This document shows positions 1-9,187 of a DNA stretch of 45,020 bases, in pieces. Below the pieces are notes generated by a model that saw only the letters and a list, made by a program, of their open reading frames with translations, searched no databases and was not told the DNA's origin. Positions within the stretch are counted from its first letter, which is position 1, and the number at the start of each line of letters is the position of its first letter. Position numbers and translations under genes: made by a program. Origin of the DNA: Sulfurimonas sp. (lineage in GTDB: Bacteria; Campylobacterota; Campylobacteria; Campylobacterales; Sulfurimonadaceae); contig JALVXQ010000110.1 of NCBI GenBank assembly GCA_027038255.1, positions 1 to 45,020 on the forward strand, in the 5' to 3' direction.

Positions 1-954
1 CATCAGCATATTCCTAGTGCCTGGGGAACAGGTATCACATTCAGCGGTAAAAAAATTCTTCGTTTTGCAATCGTTTTTTACGGTTTTAGAATTACTTTTC
101 AGCAGATTATGGATGTAGGTATGAGTGGTTTTACTGTTTCACTTATTATGCTTTCAACAACATTTTTACTAGGAACATATTTAGGAATAAAAGCATTTAA
201 AATGGACAGAGAGACCTCTATGCTGACAGCTGCCGGTGGTGCAGTTTGTGGTGCAGCAGCTGTTCTTGCTACTGAACCTGTTTTAAAAGCAGAAGGCTAC
301 AAGACTGCGGTTGCAGTCTCTATGGTTGTTCTTTTTGGAACAATCTCTATGTTCTTGTATCCCGTACTTTATGCATCTATCATTGAACCGGCACAGGGTT
401 TTTTACATATGACGCCGGAGCAGTTTGGTATTTATACAGGTGGTACTATTCATGAAGTTGCACAGGTTGTTGCCGTTCCTGCTTCCATTCCAACAGCAAC
501 AATTCATGATGTAATAACAACTGCAGGTGGCGCAGCGATGTCTGCAGAAGCACTTCATACACAAATGGCAAACTCTGCGGTTATTGTTAAAATGACACGT
601 GTTATTATGATTGCTCCAATGCTTATTATTTTAGGTATTTACCTCTCTATGCAAGCGAAAAAATCTGGTAAAGCAGGCGATAAACTACAGCTTGTTATTC
701 CTTGGTTCGCTGTATACTTCATCGGTATGGCAGGTTTTAACTCCCTTGACTTAGTGCCACATGCAATTGTTGGAACAATCAATCAAATAGATACTTTTCT
801 TTTAACAATGGCTATGACAGCTCTTGGTATGGGAACAATTTTTGCAAAATTTAAAGGACTTGGACTTGCACCAGTTTATACTGCCGGTTCAATGTTTATA
901 TGGCTTGTTATTGGTGGTTTCATTGTGACAAAAGCGGTAACGGCTGTTTTATAA
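1..954 (+). CDS. YeiH family (putative sulfate exporter) membrane protein, 5'-truncated by window edge
   Basis: Frame is open from position 1 (HQHIPSAWGTGITFSGKKILRFAIVFYGFRITFQQI...). Contains the YeiH-type motifs 'GGAVCGAAAVLAT', 'GTIHEVAQVVA' and 'VKMTRV', and many TM helices. Confidence 0.88.
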   Translation, partial: HQHIPSAWGTGITFSGKKILRFAIVFYGFRITFQQIMDVGMSGFTVSLIMLSTTFLLGTYLGIKAFKMDRETSMLTAAGGAVCGAAAVLATEPVLKAEGYKTAVAVSMVVLFGTISMFLYPVLYASIIEPAQGFLHMTPEQFGIYTGGTIHEVAQVVAVPASIPTATIHDVITTAGGAAMSAEALHTQMANSAVIVKMTRVIMIAPMLIILGIYLSMQAKKSGKAGDKLQLVIPWFAVYFIGMAGFNSLDLVPHAIVGTINQIDTFLLTMAMTALGMGTIFAKFKGLGLAPVYTAGSMFIWLVIGGFIVTKAVTAVL

Positions 955-1053
955 TTTCGTAAAGCTTGCACTCTCTTTTAGAGCACTTTAGAAAACTATT
1001 TGAAAAAAGATTATATAATCTATAAATAGAATTTTTAAAGGAGCCAAAAAGAG

Positions 1054-1521
1054 ATGTCCCCACTTCCAAACACACTTAACTCTTTTTGGTTATGGCGCGA
1101 AGTTTATGCAAAACTTGGCGTCTCCAACCCTGCTTACAAATACTGGAAAAATACTCAGACACTCAAACTCAATAACAAGTATATTTTTATTCAAAAAGAT
1201 ACGCTTCCAACAAAACATGCACATGTACAAGAGATTTTAACAGATCTCTCCGGATATCTTCCAATTAAGTATGCATCAGATCAGCTACATGTAAATGAAC
1301 ATTTGTTCATAAGCGATAAAATGAAGCTTCACAGGGAGTTTGAGTATAAGTTTGTAGAAGATGTGAAGTTTGTAAATATGAAGAAATTTTTTCGTGAAAA
1401 CGGCATAGAAGTTGGACGCAACGCTATTATTCAGCTGGGAAGAATGAAAGATTTAGAGATAACTCCTGAAGCTACTTTTTATAATTTAAAAAATGATTAT
1501 GGCATAGTGGTGTATAACTGA
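1054..1521 (+). CDS. Conserved hypothetical protein (soluble, 155 aa)
   Basis: AAGGAG RBS upstream; stop overlaps the next ATG (TGATG). No recognisable motif. Confidence 0.75.
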   Translation: MSPLPNTLNSFWLWREVYAKLGVSNPAYKYWKNTQTLKLNNKYIFIQKDTLPTKHAHVQEILTDLSGYLPIKYASDQLHVNEHLFISDKMKLHREFEYKFVEDVKFVNMKKFFRENGIEVGRNAIIQLGRMKDLEITPEATFYNLKNDYGIVVYN

Positions 1522-2567
1522 TGGATATGTTCTTCATAGAGTTTCGTGACCCGCTCTTCTCCATAATAATCTTCTTTGCCATCATTTTTATCATAACTTT
1601 TTTCTCTTACTGGTGGGGGCGTTACAGACGTACTCAGGATTCCAAACATCTTGACAGATTTTTACGACAGTTTCGAGCACTCCCGTCAAAAGATGAGCTG
1701 CAGGTATTGATATCAAGTGGAGAGTTGTCTGAAAAATCGTGGCTGCTTTTGGCAAACTCCTACTATAAAAATGGCGATTATGAAAAAAGTATAGAGATTT
1801 ATAATGAGATACTCAATGTTGGCAGCAGTGCAAATGCAAAAGAGACGATGTTTTTACTTGGTAAAACATACTTTAAAGCAGGTTTTTTGGAGCGTTCCAA
1901 GCAGATTTTTTTAGAGATACTTAAATCAAGTCCCAGAACACCACAGGCTCTACATTATCTTCTTTTGGTCTATGAGTATATGCGGGATTATAAATCTGCT
2001 TTAGAGGTCTTAGAACCACTTGATGAGTTGGATGAAGATATTGCCTTGGACAAAGCATACCTGCAGGTTTTAGAAATTTTAAGCAATGCGCAGAGCAGTG
2101 AAGAGCAAAAGATAGTGGATTTATTGGAGATATATCAGGAAAATCATCAGCTGAGTTATATTATTTTTGAGTATATCTTTCGTATTGATGCTAAAAAAGC
2201 ATGGGAAAATCTTGATATTTCAAAGAGTGAACTGCTTGCAGAAGTACTTTGGAGTTGTGATGTAAAAAAGTTGAATTTAGATATAATTTCAAAAAATGCT
2301 TTCCTGCGTGAGCTTTACAGTGCCCGAGGAGATTTGAAACTTGCTAAGGGAAGCTCGGTTTTTGAGTTAGATATACTCATTAAACTTAATGGTAAAGCAA
2401 ATGCAACACTCAGTTTTGAGTACATCTGCAGCAACTGTAAAAGTGTCTCTCCCTTTGCTTTTAGCCGTTGCAGCGCATGCCATGCTATTGACACGGCTAT
2501 GGTAGAGTGGAGCGTCAGTAAAGATTACAGCAAGGATTTTGGTGAAGAAAATAACTCTTTTCAGTGA
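1521..2567 (+). CDS. TPR-repeat membrane-anchored protein, LapB-like (C-terminal rubredoxin-type CxxC...CxxC)
   Basis: N-terminal TM helix; TPR helices ('LGKTYFKAGFLERS'); C-terminal 'CSNC...CSAC'. Lies upstream of rnhA-rnc-aroC as in Campylobacterota. Confidence 0.75.
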   Translation: MDMFFIEFRDPLFSIIIFFAIIFIITFFSYWWGRYRRTQDSKHLDRFLRQFRALPSKDELQVLISSGELSEKSWLLLANSYYKNGDYEKSIEIYNEILNVGSSANAKETMFLLGKTYFKAGFLERSKQIFLEILKSSPRTPQALHYLLLVYEYMRDYKSALEVLEPLDELDEDIALDKAYLQVLEILSNAQSSEEQKIVDLLEIYQENHQLSYIIFEYIFRIDAKKAWENLDISKSELLAEVLWSCDVKKLNLDIISKNAFLRELYSARGDLKLAKGSSVFELDILIKLNGKANATLSFEYICSNCKSVSPFAFSRCSACHAIDTAMVEWSVSKDYSKDFGEENNSFQ

Positions 2568-2970
2568 TGGAAGTGCCCTTGGAAACCCTGGTCCCGGAGG
2601 TTATGGTGTTGTATTGCGATATGGGGACAAAGAGAAAGAGCTCAGTGGTCAAGAAGCCCATACGACGAACAATAGAATGGAGCTAAAAGGTGCTATCGAA
2701 GGCTTGAAGGCTTTAAAAGAGCCTTGTGATGTCGATATTGTCTCGGACTCTTCTTATGTCGTAAAGGGTATTAATGAGTGGCTGAACGGTTGGATAAAAA
2801 AAGATTTTAAAAAAGTAAAAAATCCGGACCTCTGGAGAGAGTATATAGAAGTGGCAAAACCGCATAAAGTTCATGCAATTTGGGTTCGCGGTCATGATGG
2901 ACATGCTGAAAATGAGCGCTGCGATAGACTTGCACGTGATGCAGCACAGAGAGCAAAGGATAATTTGTAA
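2542..2970 (+). CDS. rnhA: Ribonuclease HI
   Basis: Motifs 'FSDGSALGNPGPGG', 'TTNNRMEL', 'SDSSYV', 'WVRGHDGHAENERCDRLA'. GTG at 2542 fits the AAGGA RBS better than TTG at 2539. Confidence 0.97.
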   Translation: MKKITLFSDGSALGNPGPGGYGVVLRYGDKEKELSGQEAHTTNNRMELKGAIEGLKALKEPCDVDIVSDSSYVVKGINEWLNGWIKKDFKKVKNPDLWREYIEVAKPHKVHAIWVRGHDGHAENERCDRLARDAAQRAKDNL

Positions 2971-2981
2971 ATGAGGATAGT

Positions 2982-3662
2982 ATGCATAAAGAGATAGAGA
3001 CGTTAGAAGAAAAATTAGGATATGAGTTTAAAGATAAAAAGCTCATTATCGAAGCGCTGACACATAAAAGTTATAAACAGCCCTACGATAATGAGCGCTT
3101 GGAGTTTTTAGGAGATGCTGTTTTAGATCTCGTAGTAGGTGAGTATCTTTTTACAAAATTTCGGGATTCTGATGAGGGAAAACTCTCAAAAATAAGAGCT
3201 TCGCTTGTGAATGAGACAGGTTTTGACAAACTGGCACGGGCACTGCATTTAGGTGACTATATTTTGCTCTCCAATGCAGAAGATAACAATGGAGGCCGTG
3301 AAAAGTCTTCACTGCTCTCCAATGCTTTTGAGGCAATTATGGGTGCAGTATATCTTGAAGCAGGGCTCAAAACAGTTGAGAAAATTGCCATCAGACTTAT
3401 TGAGACAAACCACGAAGAGATATCTCTGGCTTCTCTTTTTAGAGATTATAAAACAACATTGCAGGAGCTCACGCAAGCACGTTTTGGCATTACACCGGAG
3501 TATAAAGTGATTGCTTCACGGGGCCCTGACCATAAAAAAGAGTTTGAGGTGGCTGTTTATATAGAAGATAAAGAGTACGCACGTGCAGTCGGTAAAAGCA
3601 AAAAAATAGCACAGCAAGAGGCTGCAGAATTAGCGGTAAATATGCTCAAAGAGGAAAAATAG
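2982..3662 (+). CDS. rnc: Ribonuclease III
   Basis: Signature 'NERLEFLGDAVL'; C-terminal dsRBD 'DYKTTLQE...GPDHKKEF...GKSKKIAQQEAA'. Confidence 0.98.
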   Translation: MHKEIETLEEKLGYEFKDKKLIIEALTHKSYKQPYDNERLEFLGDAVLDLVVGEYLFTKFRDSDEGKLSKIRASLVNETGFDKLARALHLGDYILLSNAEDNNGGREKSSLLSNAFEAIMGAVYLEAGLKTVEKIAIRLIETNHEEISLASLFRDYKTTLQELTQARFGITPEYKVIASRGPDHKKEFEVAVYIEDKEYARAVGKSKKIAQQEAAELAVNMLKEEK

Positions 3663-4735
3663 TGAACAGTTTTGGAATGAAATTACGATTTACAACATTT
3701 GGTGAGTCGCACGGTAAAGCACTTGGAACTGTTTTGGATGGTGTTCCGGCTGGTTTGGATATAGATGAAGCATTTATTCAAAGTGAGCTAGATCGACGTA
3801 AACCGGGCAAGAGTGAGTTTGAAACAGCGAGAAAAGAGGCTGATAAAGTAGAGATACTTTCTGGTGTTTTTGAAGGCAAAAGCACAGGCACGCCGATAGC
3901 TATGATTATTTACAATACAAATCAAAAGAGTAAAGATTACTCAAATATAAAAGATATTTTTCGTCCGGGACATGCTGATTTTACCTATTTTCATAAATAT
4001 GGCTTGCGTGATTATCGTGGTGGTGGAAGAAGCTCTGCCCGTGAAACTGCCGCTCGTGTAGCTGCAGGTGCCGTTGCAAAATTGATGCTGCGTGAGCTTG
4101 GGATTGAAGTACTGAGCGGCATTAGTGAAGTGCATGGCATAAAGGCTGAGAAGTATGACTACGCTCGCGTGAATGAGAGTATTATCTATGCCCTTGATGC
4201 AGAGGTAGAAGAGGCACAAAAAGCAGCGATTTTAGAGGCAAAAAATAGACATGATTCTGTCGGTGGTGTCTCCCGTGTACTTATTAAAGGTGCTCCTGTT
4301 GGACTCGGTCAGCCGCTCTATTATAAACTTGACGGCGTGCTTGCAGATGCGATGATGGGTATTAATGCAGTCAAAGCAGTTGAAATTGGTGATGGAGAGC
4401 TGAGCTCACGTGTTTTAGGCTCGCAAAACAATGATGCAATTCGTGCTGCTGGATTTGAATCCAATCATGCAGGCGGAATCCTTGGCGGTATCAGTAACGG
4501 TGATGATATCGTACTTAATGTCTACTTTAAACCAACCCCTTCAATTTTTCAAGAGCAGCATACGATTACAACTGCAAACGAAGAGGTAGATTTCGCACTT
4601 AAAGGCAGACATGACCCTTGTGTCGCTATTCGCGGGACTATTGTTTGTGAGGCTATGGCTGCACTTGTCATTGCAGATATGCTTCTTTTAAATATGGGTT
4701 CAAAAATGCAGAGCGTCGTTAAATATTATAGTTAG
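3662..4735 (+). CDS. aroC: Chorismate synthase
   Basis: Motifs 'TFGESHG', 'RPGHAD', 'RGGGRSSARET', 'KPTPSI', 'GRHDPC'. Confidence 0.98.
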   Translation: MNSFGMKLRFTTFGESHGKALGTVLDGVPAGLDIDEAFIQSELDRRKPGKSEFETARKEADKVEILSGVFEGKSTGTPIAMIIYNTNQKSKDYSNIKDIFRPGHADFTYFHKYGLRDYRGGGRSSARETAARVAAGAVAKLMLRELGIEVLSGISEVHGIKAEKYDYARVNESIIYALDAEVEEAQKAAILEAKNRHDSVGGVSRVLIKGAPVGLGQPLYYKLDGVLADAMMGINAVKAVEIGDGELSSRVLGSQNNDAIRAAGFESNHAGGILGGISNGDDIVLNVYFKPTPSIFQEQHTITTANEEVDFALKGRHDPCVAIRGTIVCEAMAALVIADMLLLNMGSKMQSVVKYYS

Positions 4736-4804
4736 CGTGCTACATTGTTCAAGCCATTACCTCTTTTGGTTATAATCGCATAATAATTTATTATAGGAGT
4801 ATTT

Positions 4805-5545
4805 TTGAATCTTAAAAGTTTTTTGTGGGAATATGGAGAAAAAGTTCCCGGATATGACGTAACAGTCATTAATGAAAGAGAAGCTAGAGCAGCAGCCGGA
4901 ATACTTTTTGCATTGGGAATGATGGTTATTTTTGTCGGTATTGGCTATGGGCATATCATAGTGGCACGTGTCTATTTGGCCTTTTTATGGTTTGATTTCT
5001 TAGCAAGAGTCATCAGTCCAAAGTATTCTCCTTCAATGTTGCTTGGAAAATTTGTTGTACGTAATCAGAAGCCGGAATATGTCGGTGGGCTGCAAAAACG
5101 CTTTGCATGGACACTTGGCTGGATCATCGCTTTTCCTATGGTCTACTGGTTTGTACTCCACTGGGATATTACTTTTTATAAAGTCTTAATCTGTGTACTT
5201 TGTCTCTCTTTGATGTTTTTAGAGACTGCTTTCTCTGTATGTGTTGGTTGTATGATATATAAAGTTATTACAAGAAAAGATCCGCATCATTGTCCGGGAG
5301 GCGTATGTGAGATACAGAAAAAAGAGCCTATTCAAACATTTAATCTTATGCAGGCATCCATTGCAATTGTTACTTTTGTCGGCCTCATGGTAGGTACGTA
5401 TCTTTTTCTTGCTAATACAGAATCAAAAACATTTTTTGGTCAGTTTTTACATGAAGCGGTTTTGACAAAGCAACAGCTTCAAAAAGAGAAAGATGCAGAG
5501 TTTGAAAAAGAGTCGCAGAAAGCATTTGAAAGTGATGACTTTTAA
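4805..5545 (+). CDS. DUF4395-like membrane protein
   Basis: Motifs 'NEREARAAAG', 'QKRFAW', 'LETAFSVCVGC', 'CPGGVC'; TTG start after AGGAG. Confidence 0.75.
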   Translation: MNLKSFLWEYGEKVPGYDVTVINEREARAAAGILFALGMMVIFVGIGYGHIIVARVYLAFLWFDFLARVISPKYSPSMLLGKFVVRNQKPEYVGGLQKRFAWTLGWIIAFPMVYWFVLHWDITFYKVLICVLCLSLMFLETAFSVCVGCMIYKVITRKDPHHCPGGVCEIQKKEPIQTFNLMQASIAIVTFVGLMVGTYLFLANTESKTFFGQFLHEAVLTKQQLQKEKDAEFEKESQKAFESDDF

Positions 5546-5566
5546 ATAGTCAAAGAGAAGAGCGGA

Positions 5567-6523
5567 CTATTCAGTCTGCTCTTGAAGTATCTTTTTAATC
5601 ATTCCCTGTGCTTGTTTAAGCGCTTTTATAGATGTTTGATCTTGAATATTAAGTGTTGTAATCCAGTTCTCAACGCCTAAAAATCCCATATGCATTTTGT
5701 TTTCACCTTTTTTCTTGTAAAGATAAAATGAACAAGGTGCCCAAGCACCAGCTTCTGGATGGTATTTTGACACAGGGTAGATAACGTCAAATTTACAGAT
5801 AGAGTATGTATGATAAAAGTCATATTTATGGTAGTTTTGATCATCAAATAGCTCTTCTTGGACATTTGTATAGTTTGGAAATAAAAAGCCTAAAGGCTCC
5901 ATTTCTCCTTCAAATTCTGCTTCAAAATCATCAATATAGTCATCAATGCTTGCACCATCATCCAAATCAATAGCAGCAGTAAAATTTACCTGTAGTGGTT
6001 TGCCATTATGTGAAGGTGTAAAGTAAAGTTTTTTAAAATGACCATTGGGCATCGCTTTTCTAAGCGCTTTGTGTATAAGTGCTGCGTATGCTCTTAAGTC
6101 CGAATCACCTGAAGGAATCTTTGTAGCTCTTGCCATTCCATTGTAGGTGAGTGTAGAGATATTCATACTCCCATCATCATCTTGCCATATAGACATGCTT
6201 AAAGGGGTTAATGCACCAAATTCTGGATACTTTTTTAGGAGTTTGAAAGTGAGTTCATTGTTGGAAAACATTGCTAAGTTGTATATTTTATAGTGGAGTT
6301 TTGCAAATCTTTTTGAAAATGGAATATTCATGTCATTGTTACCGGCAACACTGAGACCTACTGAATCAAAAGCAGCTTCTATACTTTTAGTTGTTACTTT
6401 TTTGTCTTTATTTGCTGTTGTATATATTTGAATATCTTGTGTCGTTGTTGCTGCTTGAGCATTAAATGTGAGTGATGAGAGTGTGATGAGCGCTACTGCC
6501 AGATGTGTAAAGAGTTTTTTCAA
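5567..6523 (-). CDS. Exported tandem DUF302-like protein
   Basis: Sec signal (…AQA). Two similar halves with 'PEFGALTPLSMSIW' and 'ICK...PEAGAWAPCSFYLY'. Confidence 0.7.
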   Translation of the reverse strand: MKKLFTHLAVALITLSSLTFNAQAATTTQDIQIYTTANKDKKVTTKSIEAAFDSVGLSVAGNNDMNIPFSKRFAKLHYKIYNLAMFSNNELTFKLLKKYPEFGALTPLSMSIWQDDDGSMNISTLTYNGMARATKIPSGDSDLRAYAALIHKALRKAMPNGHFKKLYFTPSHNGKPLQVNFTAAIDLDDGASIDDYIDDFEAEFEGEMEPLGFLFPNYTNVQEELFDDQNYHKYDFYHTYSICKFDVIYPVSKYHPEAGAWAPCSFYLYKKKGENKMHMGFLGVENWITTLNIQDQTSIKALKQAQGMIKKILQEQTE

Positions 6524-6590
6524 ATCTTCCCCTTAAAATATCAATATATCTAACTTTAGCATCATTTATATATAAATAATATTAATAAGT

Positions 6591-7022
6591 TTAGATTTTT
6601 ACAGCATCACCAATTTTTATAATTGCTGGACCGCTGATTACTTTGGCAAAAATTCCCCTGTCATTTTTAAGGAGTTTTGGAAGTTTGGCATTTACACTTG
6701 AGAGACCCTTGCAGAGAGTACAGTTTTGTGTAATCTCTAAAACTGTATCCCCAACTGTTAAGCGCTCACCAGGAAGGAGATGGTAAGGGCTGACGTCTAC
6801 AAGAAGATTTTCCCCAAGAGAACCTTCTTCAATCTCTATATTGTTCTTCTGCGTGAGCTTATAGCTGTCTGTTGCCGTTATTAAAATGGCACGTTGCTCA
6901 TCTTTTGCATAAAATTTATCGCCAATGATACCTGCTGCATCTACCTGAATCTCCTGAGGTCTTTGACGTGTTTTATTGTCATCATCTTTTGTAATAAAAA
7001 GTGTTACTACTTTTCCTTGCAT
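6591..7022 (-). CDS. MOSC domain protein (sulfur-carrier/Moco-related)
   Basis: Motifs 'GIIGD', 'RAILI', 'GENLL', 'LEITQNCTLC', 'RGIFAKVISG...IKIGD'. Confidence 0.88.
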   Translation of the reverse strand: MQGKVVTLFITKDDDNKTRQRPQEIQVDAAGIIGDKFYAKDEQRAILITATDSYKLTQKNNIEIEEGSLGENLLVDVSPYHLLPGERLTVGDTVLEITQNCTLCKGLSSVNAKLPKLLKNDRGIFAKVISGPAIIKIGDAVKI

Positions 7023-7149
7023 TGCTTGTCCATTTATTTATATCACCGTTTTTACAAAGTCTATTATTGTATTGTTATTTGTAGAGTTTGAAAAAAGAGT
7101 GTCTTGAAAAAACTAATAATAATTTTGAGGTTAATTATCTGTGTATTGT

Positions 7150-7177
7150 AAAAAGAAGCAGCCAAAAGGCCACTCTT
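7150..7177 (-). terminator. Probable intrinsic terminator downstream of soxZ
   Basis: Minus strand reads GAGTGGCC-TTTT-GGCTGCTT followed by CTTTTT. Confidence 0.55.
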
Positions 7178-7200
7178 TAAGAGAGGTGAAAAATCAAAAA

Positions 7201-7515
7201 TTATTTGATCTTAGCCTTCCCTTTGTAAGTTTTCCCTTTAAGGTCAACTGCTACAAGCTCTACTTTGTCACCTTTTGCTCCGATTCCTTTGAATTGGAAT
7301 TTAAAGATAGGGTTTTTTGAGAGGAACTGAGAAGTTGACATATCAGCTACAGTCTCACCATTGACAGTTGCAGTTAAGTGAGTAATGAAATTTGCATTGT
7401 CTCTACTACCTGTTTTCTTCTCTGCCATATTGTATGTCATCATTGGATGTTTGATCATCGCCTTAACACTTACAACACCATTTTTTAATTTTGCTTTTGC
7501 TTTAATACCAGCCAT
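7201..7515 (-). CDS. soxZ: Thiosulfate oxidation carrier complex protein SoxZ
   Basis: Motifs 'VKAMIKHPM', 'ANFITH', 'SQFLSKNPIFKF'; directly follows soxY. Confidence 0.93.
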   Translation of the reverse strand: MAGIKAKAKLKNGVVSVKAMIKHPMMTYNMAEKKTGSRDNANFITHLTATVNGETVADMSTSQFLSKNPIFKFQFKGIGAKGDKVELVAVDLKGKTYKGKAKIK

Positions 7516-7561
7516 TATATTTCCTTAATATTTTATTTTTCTGCTTAAAAATTGGAAAGGA

Positions 7562-8014
7562 TTACCCTTCACATCCACCAAGTGCAACATCTAAAGTTTT
7601 CTTAGCAGCATAAAGTTTTCCATCTTTACCTTGAGCTACGATAGTAATAGTACCAGATTTAGCCATTTTGATTTTGACAGAGTATTTATTTACACTATAT
7701 TTTGTAGGCTCAACTACTAAAACAGCAGCTTCTGGGTTAGCGTCTTGAAAAAGTGCAATAGTTTTAATATCTTTTTCTGTTGAGAAGTCAACAGGGATAG
7801 CACCACCATTACTTGCTACATCAGGAGCTTTTAATTTAACACCTTCCATAGTAAGGGCATTTGAACCATACATTGCTTTGATTGCATCATCAACACTCTT
7901 TGCTGTCCATACAGTTGGCTTTGACTTTCTAAAGTCCTCTGCTCTAACACTTGCAGGAACTGCAGCTAAAGCTACAGCACCTAAAGTCATACTTAAAAAT
8001 TGTCTTCTTTCCAT
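7562..8014 (-). CDS. soxY: Thiosulfate oxidation carrier protein SoxY
   Basis: Tat signal 'MERRQFL'; 'APDVASNGGAIPV'; C-terminal carrier arm 'VALGGCEG'. Confidence 0.94.
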   Translation of the reverse strand: MERRQFLSMTLGAVALAAVPASVRAEDFRKSKPTVWTAKSVDDAIKAMYGSNALTMEGVKLKAPDVASNGGAIPVDFSTEKDIKTIALFQDANPEAAVLVVEPTKYSVNKYSVKIKMAKSGTITIVAQGKDGKLYAAKKTLDVALGGCEG

Positions 8015-8033
8015 AATTTTTCCTTTTTAGAAT

Positions 8034-9185
8034 TTATTTACTTTTGTTGATCATATAATCAACAATAGATTTGAAATCATTATCTGATAAATCAGAACCG
8101 CCTTTTGGAGGCATGCCATTTATACCATGAATACCATTAGAGTAAACTTTATTAATTCCTTTACTTGTCACAGCTGCCCATTCAGCTTTATTCCCAAGTA
8201 CCGGTGCGCCCATACCATCTGCACCATGGCACATTGCACAGCTTTCAGTATATGCTTTTTCTGCAGAGAAACCTTTGTTTTCTTCTTTTGGAAGGTCTCT
8301 TACTTCTGAGAGTGGTGGATGAAAATCACTGATTCCTGCACCTTGAATATAAACAACTTTTGCAGTTGTTTCCTGACAATTATGCATACATCTTGATGCA
8401 GGATGGTTAACATCATATTTTTGTGCACCAAAATTATCTGGATTGGCAAAGAATTTACGTATATTATCAGGACCATTTGGACCATCGATTTTTGGTACGA
8501 AACCATCTCTGTTTGGCATTTTTATTTTTAAGAATTTTTCACGATTAAGTACATACTCATCATCAACTTCTTCACCATCAATTTTCATCTCATTTGCATT
8601 TAAGATGAAAGCAACTAAAGAGTAGACTTCGTCATCTGTTAAAGAGTCTGTCATTGGATGCGGCATAGCATCTTTAATGTACCACCAAAGTGTACTTGCT
8701 TGTGGCCAGTATGTACCAAATACACGTACAGGACCATCAGTGTCTGGTTTAATTCTTTGGTTTGTTAAAGTCTCATGCAGTTCATACGCATTTCCTTTTG
8801 AAAGTGATGGGTATCCACCCCCGCCTGAACCAAAGTCACCGTGACACATTACACATTTTTCATCGTAGATATCACTACCTTCTTCTGCAGTACCTTCACC
8901 TTCAGGTAAACCTGTACCGTCTGGCATGATATCTGAGTTCCACTCATCATACTCTGCTTTTGTAGGAGTACGACCAAATTTAACCGCACCAGTATGTGCC
9001 TTTGTATTTACATAGTAAGGACCAGTTTTACCATTAACAACCGGATACGAAACACCACCGTCAATATCTGCTTCTTTTGGAGTGCTAGAACCTGGTGTAG
9101 CATTTTCCATACATGCACTGAGCCCTAATGAGAGTGCCGCTGCTGCAGAGATTGATATTAATAATTTTTTATTTAATTTAAACAT
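8034..9185 (-). CDS. soxD: Sulfur dehydrogenase cytochrome c subunit SoxD (diheme, lipoprotein signal)
   Basis: Lipobox 'LSAC'; 'DIMPDGTGLPEGEG'; two CxxCH sites (CVMCH, CAMCH); 'GTYWPQASTLWWYIKDAMP'. Confidence 0.92.
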   Translation of the reverse strand: MFKLNKKLLISISAAAALSLGLSACMENATPGSSTPKEADIDGGVSYPVVNGKTGPYYVNTKAHTGAVKFGRTPTKAEYDEWNSDIMPDGTGLPEGEGTAEEGSDIYDEKCVMCHGDFGSGGGGYPSLSKGNAYELHETLTNQRIKPDTDGPVRVFGTYWPQASTLWWYIKDAMPHPMTDSLTDDEVYSLVAFILNANEMKIDGEEVDDEYVLNREKFLKIKMPNRDGFVPKIDGPNGPDNIRKFFANPDNFGAQKYDVNHPASRCMHNCQETTAKVVYIQGAGISDFHPPLSEVRDLPKEENKGFSAEKAYTESCAMCHGADGMGAPVLGNKAEWAAVTSKGINKVYSNGIHGINGMPPKGGSDLSDNDFKSIVDYMINKSK

Positions 9186-9187
9186 TA

